Source of the DNA: Desulfobacterales bacterium
Lineage (GTDB): Bacteria; Desulfobacterota; Desulfobacteria; Desulfobacterales; UBA5852
Reading direction: 5' to 3'
Length of the DNA stretch: 64,000 bases
Assembly: GCA_963674755.2 (NCBI GenBank)
Contig: CAXXVS010000002.1
Location: 1,152,001 to 1,216,000, forward strand
Positions 59,183 to 64,000 of this stretch are shown piece by piece; the stretch's first letter is position 1, and each line of letters opens with the position of its first letter. The position numbers and the translations under genes are program-made. The notes beneath the pieces were generated by a model that was not told the origin of the DNA, did no database searches, and was given only the letters and a program-made list of their open reading frames with translations.

Positions 59183-59222
59183 GCGATTCTGCCGATAGAC
59201 AGACTGGCCCAAAGTTGGCCCC

Positions 59223-59441
59223 ATGAATCACAAGGTCTATATCTCCTTAATCGTTGGCGCTGTTTTTTCTTGTTTGGGCCTCTATCTGGCCTTCCGCAAC
59301 GTCCCTATAGCATCTCTCCTGGATTACGCCTCGCAAATCAATTACGCCTTCGCCATTTTCCCGGTCATTTTAGCCGGTTGGATGTCATGCTTGATCCTCG
59401 GGTTTCGATGGCAAACGCTCACCAAACGCGACCCCTTTTAG
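59223..59441 (+). pseudogene. Short membrane ORF, possibly an internally deleted LPG-synthase/flippase-like gene
   Basis: N-terminus G...S..GLYLAFRNV....L resembles that family but the ORF is only 72 aa. Confidence 0.4.
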
Positions 59442-59679
59442 GTTCGCCCATGGGCGCGTATCGCCGAAATATGACGCGTATGGAGGAGAGGATTCCAATT
59501 TGCGTAGGGTAGAGATGAGGGCTACGAGGCATAATTGGATCGAGAAAACCTGCTTTGACAATTATGAAAAAATTCACCATATTCAACACGCAAACAACGA
59601 CGATGTATGCCTGCCGGTGTAAAATAATGATAGCGCCCAGCTGTTCCATAGAACAACCGGCCGGCCTGGAAGGTAATGG

Positions 59680-60192
59680 ATGACTGTTCGTACCATATTG
59701 ACATATCCTGATAAATTTCTCCGGCAGCCCACGAAACCGGTCGACACATTCGACGATGATCTGCAGGTGCTGATCGATGACATGATCGAGACCATGTATG
59801 ACGAGCCGGGTGTCGGTCTGGCCGCCATCCAGATCGGCTCCGACCGGAGTGTGATTGTTTACGACGTAACGCAAACCGAAGGCGAGCGGAAGGCGGAGGC
59901 GCTGGTCAACCCGGAAATCGTTTTTCGGGAGGGTTCGCAGCTCTCCGAAAATGAAGGCTGTCTCAGCGTTCCCGATTTCCGCGCCGATGTCAAACGCAAC
60001 GCCCATGTCCGGGTCGAAGGCTTGGACCGGCACGGCCGCCCGGTTGAAATCGATGCCGAGGAATTCCTGGCCATCGTGCTCCAGCATGAAATCGACCATC
60101 TCCGCGGCATCCTGTTCATCGACCGCATTTCGTCGCTGAAGCGCGAAATGTACAAACGCAAACGCAAAAAACAGCTCCGGCAGACCGCATGA
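59680..60192 (+). CDS. def: Peptide deformylase
   Basis: GVGLAA.Q, EGCLS, QHE.DHL.G. Confidence 0.97.
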   Translation: MTVRTILTYPDKFLRQPTKPVDTFDDDLQVLIDDMIETMYDEPGVGLAAIQIGSDRSVIVYDVTQTEGERKAEALVNPEIVFREGSQLSENEGCLSVPDFRADVKRNAHVRVEGLDRHGRPVEIDAEEFLAIVLQHEIDHLRGILFIDRISSLKREMYKRKRKKQLRQTA

Positions 60193-61127
60193 AAGCCTTC
60201 CGCATCATCTTCATGGGAACACCGGATTTTGCGGTGCCGGCCCTCGAAGCGCTGCACCGGAGCCGCCACGCCATCGTGGCGGTCGTCACCCGGCCGGACC
60301 AGCCTAAAGGACGCGGCCGCAAGCTGACGCCGCCCCCGGTTAAAATCGCCGCCCAAACCTTGGGATACGACGTGGCCCAACCTGGATGTATTCACCAGCC
60401 GGAGTGCCTGTCCTTTCTGGAGGCGCAAAAACCCGACCTTTTTGTGGTGATCGCCTTTGGGCGCCTTCTAAAACCCCAGCACTTCGCCATTCCACACCAT
60501 GGCATCATCAATGTGCATGCCTCCCTACTGCCCCGCTACCGCGGACCGGCGCCCATTCAATGGGCCATCATCAACGGCGACCAGGAAACGGGCGTTACGA
60601 CCATGATGATGGTCGAGGAACTCGATGCCGGCGACATCCTGGTGCAGGCCCGCACGCCCATCAACAGGGATGATACGTCCGCGACATTACATGATCGTTT
60701 GGCCGCGATGGGCGCCTCACTCATAGTGGACACCCTTGACAAACTGGCGGATAACGATCTGCATCCTGAAAAACAGGACCCGGCCCGGGTAACCTACGCC
60801 CCGAAACTTAAGAAAAAAGACGGCCGCATTCGTTGGGACCAGTCCACAGCGGCCATCGATGCCTTTATACGCGGCATGACCCCCTGGCCGGGCGCCTTTA
60901 CCTTTTTAGGCGATATGCGGTTGAAGGTCTTTAACGTGCAACCGGCTCTCTTGCCCCAACCTGCCCCACCCGGCACGGTCATCGAGGGATTTTCCAACGA
61001 GATACGGGTGGCCACAGGAAACGGTGCCTTGACGATAGAGGAGATCCAAAGCGCTTCCGGCCGCCGCATGGCTACTGAGGAATTCTTAAAAGGCACCAAT
61101 ATTCTTCCCGGCACCCAACTGGGATGA
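60189..61127 (+). CDS. fmt: Methionyl-tRNA formyltransferase
   Basis: FMGTPDFA, NVHASLLP.YRG.API. Confidence 0.97.
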   Translation: MKAFRIIFMGTPDFAVPALEALHRSRHAIVAVVTRPDQPKGRGRKLTPPPVKIAAQTLGYDVAQPGCIHQPECLSFLEAQKPDLFVVIAFGRLLKPQHFAIPHHGIINVHASLLPRYRGPAPIQWAIINGDQETGVTTMMMVEELDAGDILVQARTPINRDDTSATLHDRLAAMGASLIVDTLDKLADNDLHPEKQDPARVTYAPKLKKKDGRIRWDQSTAAIDAFIRGMTPWPGAFTFLGDMRLKVFNVQPALLPQPAPPGTVIEGFSNEIRVATGNGALTIEEIQSASGRRMATEEFLKGTNILPGTQLG

Positions 61128-61134
61128 ATTCCCC

Positions 61135-62493
61135 ATGAGCCTTGCCCCACGTCAGAGCGCCCTTGACATCCTCCTGGATGTCGACAAAGGCCCCTCGACC
61201 CTCGACCAACGGATGGACCGCTTTCATCGTGAGAGCCGCTTCGATCGCCGCGATGAGGCCTTTGTGACAGCCTTGGTATACGGCGTCCTGCGCTGGCGCG
61301 GCCGGTTGGACGGCATCATTGCCGGCGCTTCCCGCACCCCGCTTTCCCGCATGGACCCTCAAATTGTCACCATCCTTCGCATGGGACTCTACCAGATCCT
61401 CTATATGGACCGGGTACCCGATTCGGCCGCGGTCAACACCGCGGTGGAGTTGGCCAAAGGATCCGGCAAAAAATGGTTGACCGGCTTCGTCAACGCCGTG
61501 CTGCGCAAGGCTTTGCGAAGTCTGCCGGATATCGCCCAGCCCGCTGCGGATAAGAATAAAGTCCGCCATTTGGCAACGGTTCACTCCATGCCGGAATGGC
61601 TCATCCAGCGCTGGATTGACGCCTGGGGACCGGAAGAGACCACCGCCCTTTGCCAGGCCATCAACCAGATCCCGCCCCTGACCATACGCACCAATACCCT
61701 TAAAATCGATCGCGTCTCGTTGATACAGCGGATGGAAAGCCTGGCTGAAGCGGTGAAACCCGCTTCTTTGGCGCCGGACGGCATCATTCTGGACGGCTTA
61801 AAAAAGTCCCTTTTCGAGGAGGCCGCCTTTGAGAAGGGACTTTTTCAGGTGCAAGACGAGGCCGCCCAGGCCGTGGGCTATCTATTGGACCCCCGGCCCG
61901 GCCAGCACGTATTGGATGCCTGTGCCGGCTTGGGAGGTAAAACCGCCCATACCGCCGCCCTTATGGGGAACCAAGGCACAATCAAAGCCATCGATCGCGA
62001 TAGCCGCAAGCTTGCCAAACTGGATCGGGAAATGCGGCGTTTGGGCATCGACATCGTGACTTCCCAGGCGGTAGACCTGCAAAAGGGGCCACTCCGGCCT
62101 CAAGATTGGGGACAGTTCGATCGTATTCTGCTGGATGCCCCCTGTTCAGGTCTGGGCGTCATTCGGCGTAACCCGGACACCAAGTGGTCTCGCACGGTTC
62201 AGGACATTGGGCGCTGTGCCGCCAAGCAAAGACAGTTGCTCCATCATCTGGCGCCTGTCCTCAACCCCAGCGGCATCCTGGCTTATGCGGTCTGCAGTAC
62301 CGAAGCGGAAGAAACCCAGGCCATTATCGACGCCTTTTTGAAAGAACGCACGGATTTTGCTATAGACGGGCCGCCGCCGGACTTCCCGGCTTCCTTGCGG
62401 CCTCTGTTGGACAGACAGGGCCGGTTGCAGACCGCTCCCCATCGAAACGGTACCGACGGATTTTTTGCGGTCCGCCTGCGCCGTTGCCATTGA
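61135..62493 (+). CDS. rsmB: 16S rRNA m5C967 methyltransferase
   Basis: NusB-like N-terminus, VQDEA, DACAG.GGK, DAPCSG.G. Confidence 0.93.
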   Translation: MSLAPRQSALDILLDVDKGPSTLDQRMDRFHRESRFDRRDEAFVTALVYGVLRWRGRLDGIIAGASRTPLSRMDPQIVTILRMGLYQILYMDRVPDSAAVNTAVELAKGSGKKWLTGFVNAVLRKALRSLPDIAQPAADKNKVRHLATVHSMPEWLIQRWIDAWGPEETTALCQAINQIPPLTIRTNTLKIDRVSLIQRMESLAEAVKPASLAPDGIILDGLKKSLFEEAAFEKGLFQVQDEAAQAVGYLLDPRPGQHVLDACAGLGGKTAHTAALMGNQGTIKAIDRDSRKLAKLDREMRRLGIDIVTSQAVDLQKGPLRPQDWGQFDRILLDAPCSGLGVIRRNPDTKWSRTVQDIGRCAAKQRQLLHHLAPVLNPSGILAYAVCSTEAEETQAIIDAFLKERTDFAIDGPPPDFPASLRPLLDRQGRLQTAPHRNGTDGFFAVRLRRCH

Positions 62494-62515
62494 CGATAGA
62501 AAGGATTTGTCCACC

Positions 62516-63172
62516 ATGAAACTGATTGCCCCCTCCATCCTTTCGGCTGATTTTGCGCGTCTCGGAGAAGAAATCAAGGCCGTCGAAGCCGCCGGCGCGG
62601 ACTGGATCCATGTGGATGTCATGGACGGCCATTTCGTCCCCAACATCACCATCGGTCCCCTGGTGGTAAAAGCGGCCCGTCGATCCACTCCCCTGCCCCT
62701 GGACGTCCATCTTATGATCGAAAACCCGGACCGCTATATACCGGATTTCATAAAGGCCGGCGCGGACCTGCTGGCTGTGCATGTAGAGGCCTGTCCCCAT
62801 CTGCATCGCACGATTCAGATGATCAGGGAAGGCGGCATACGCCCCGGGGTGGTGCTCAATCCGGCCACCCCGTTGAGCGCGATCGAATGGATCTTGGAGG
62901 ATGTGGACGTTGTCATGATTATGAGCGTCAATCCGGGCTTCGGGGGTCAGAAATTTATCCCTTCTTCCCTGGAAAAAATCCGCCAGTTGCGGACCATAAT
63001 CGATGACCGCGGCTTGTCGACACTCATTGAAGTCGACGGCGGGGTCAACACAAGCACGATCGGCGATGTCGCCAAGGCTGGTGCGGACGTTTTTGTGGCC
63101 GGCTCGGCCATCTATGGTTCAGAGGATTATTTGGCCACCATCGGCCGGTTCCGCGAACTTATGAAGGGATAA
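62516..63172 (+). CDS. rpe: Ribulose-phosphate 3-epimerase
   Basis: [36 protein letters not shown]. Confidence 0.97.
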   Translation: MKLIAPSILSADFARLGEEIKAVEAAGADWIHVDVMDGHFVPNITIGPLVVKAARRSTPLPLDVHLMIENPDRYIPDFIKAGADLLAVHVEACPHLHRTIQMIREGGIRPGVVLNPATPLSAIEWILEDVDVVMIMSVNPGFGGQKFIPSSLEKIRQLRTIIDDRGLSTLIEVDGGVNTSTIGDVAKAGADVFVAGSAIYGSEDYLATIGRFRELMKG

Positions 63173-63284
63173 TCATCTCGCCCTCATTGCGGTATCGTCC
63201 TCTTTGTCAATGCGCGCCTCGACACAGCATGTTGGGTGAAGATCAATATGAAAACCGGCACTTGTTTCAAACAGTCAAAACAAG

Positions 63285-63863
63285 TTGGCTGATTCGATGA
63301 CGCCCACGAGCCGTCTACAACATAGCAAGCCTAAATTGCGGCTATTCATCTTCCTGCTGGCGGGGATCATTTTTTCCAACAGCATGATGCTTTTGCTCCC
63401 GATCTATGGTTCAGACGCCCTGAGCGATTCTGCAAGACTCCAGCGCATCATGGCCATGTACGCCAACTATCGCAAGGCTTTTGCCGGGATCCAAGAAATC
63501 GAGGCGTCCGCGGCCATCGAACTAGTGGGTGATCCGGAAGTGGTGTTCGTCGATGTACGTGACCCCGAGGAGCAGGCGGTTTCCATGATTCCCGGCGCTG
63601 TCACCAGCGAGGTCTTTCTGGCCGAGCCTGACCGTTACCGCGACCAGCGAATCATCGGCTACTGCACCATCAGCTTCCGCAGCGGCAAACTGGCCGTCAA
63701 AATGGCCCGCAAGGGCATGACGATCGTCAATCTCAAGGGAGGCCTTTTGGCCTGGGTGCACGCCGGAGGAGTCTTGGTGCGCGGGTATAAACCGGTGACG
63801 CAGCTGCATGTTTACGGTCGCAAATGGGATCTGGCCCCATCGTATATCAAGAGTGTCTACTAA
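63285..63863 (+). CDS. Membrane-anchored rhodanese-like protein
   Basis: VDVR..EE..VS.IPGA, YCT...RS, NL.GG...W. Confidence 0.85.
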   Translation: MADSMTPTSRLQHSKPKLRLFIFLLAGIIFSNSMMLLLPIYGSDALSDSARLQRIMAMYANYRKAFAGIQEIEASAAIELVGDPEVVFVDVRDPEEQAVSMIPGAVTSEVFLAEPDRYRDQRIIGYCTISFRSGKLAVKMARKGMTIVNLKGGLLAWVHAGGVLVRGYKPVTQLHVYGRKWDLAPSYIKSVY

Positions 63864-64000
63864 GTGCTCCTGCAATAACACTGTAGAAAAAGATAGTTCT
63901 GCTTGATCTATCAATCGATGAACTTCTCTAGTATTTCGGGTGGGAGCTTTCCCAGATAAACCATATCGCCAATAACATAGGCAGGGGTACCGGGGATTCT

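Overview
Chromosomal window from a probable Desulfobacterota (deltaproteobacterial) genome; the lineage is inferred from gene content only. The left end carries tRNA-Arg(ACG), tadA, purA and tRNA-Pro(CGG). An apparently near-complete ~36 kb lambdoid siphoprophage is inserted in tRNA-Pro: the 21-nt core at 2864-2884 recurs at 39204-39224. It has lysis, tail, head and packaging modules (GpA-type terminase, lambda-type portal, protease-capsid fusion, cosQ-like site), a replication/early module with a second Cre/TnpS-like recombinase and a ParB-like protein, a cro/cI switch and an integrase. It has two accessory loci. One is an AT-rich two-gene moron (zinc phospholipase-C/P1-nuclease-fold protein plus partner). 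The other is a ~6 kb cassette-like array downstream of the integrase, where unrelated cargo genes (NDT/TIR-like, RNase H-like, small protein, MqsRA-SecB TAC module, methyltransferase) are separated by six full or half copies of one repeat whose breakpoints coincide. From ~40.6 kb onward the window is ordinary host chromosome: uspA, SORL, PAS-LuxR, peptidases, ltaE, mnmA, mtaB, PPIase, MerR plus acyl-CoA dehydrogenase, djlA, tRNA-Leu, ribF, def-fmt-rsmB-rpe. Best candidates for new biology are the repeat-delimited cargo array, the phospholipase-C-like moron, and a phage repressor ending in an RxxxR c-di-GMP-like tail instead of an autocleavage domain. No database searches were run; family calls come from motif recognition.
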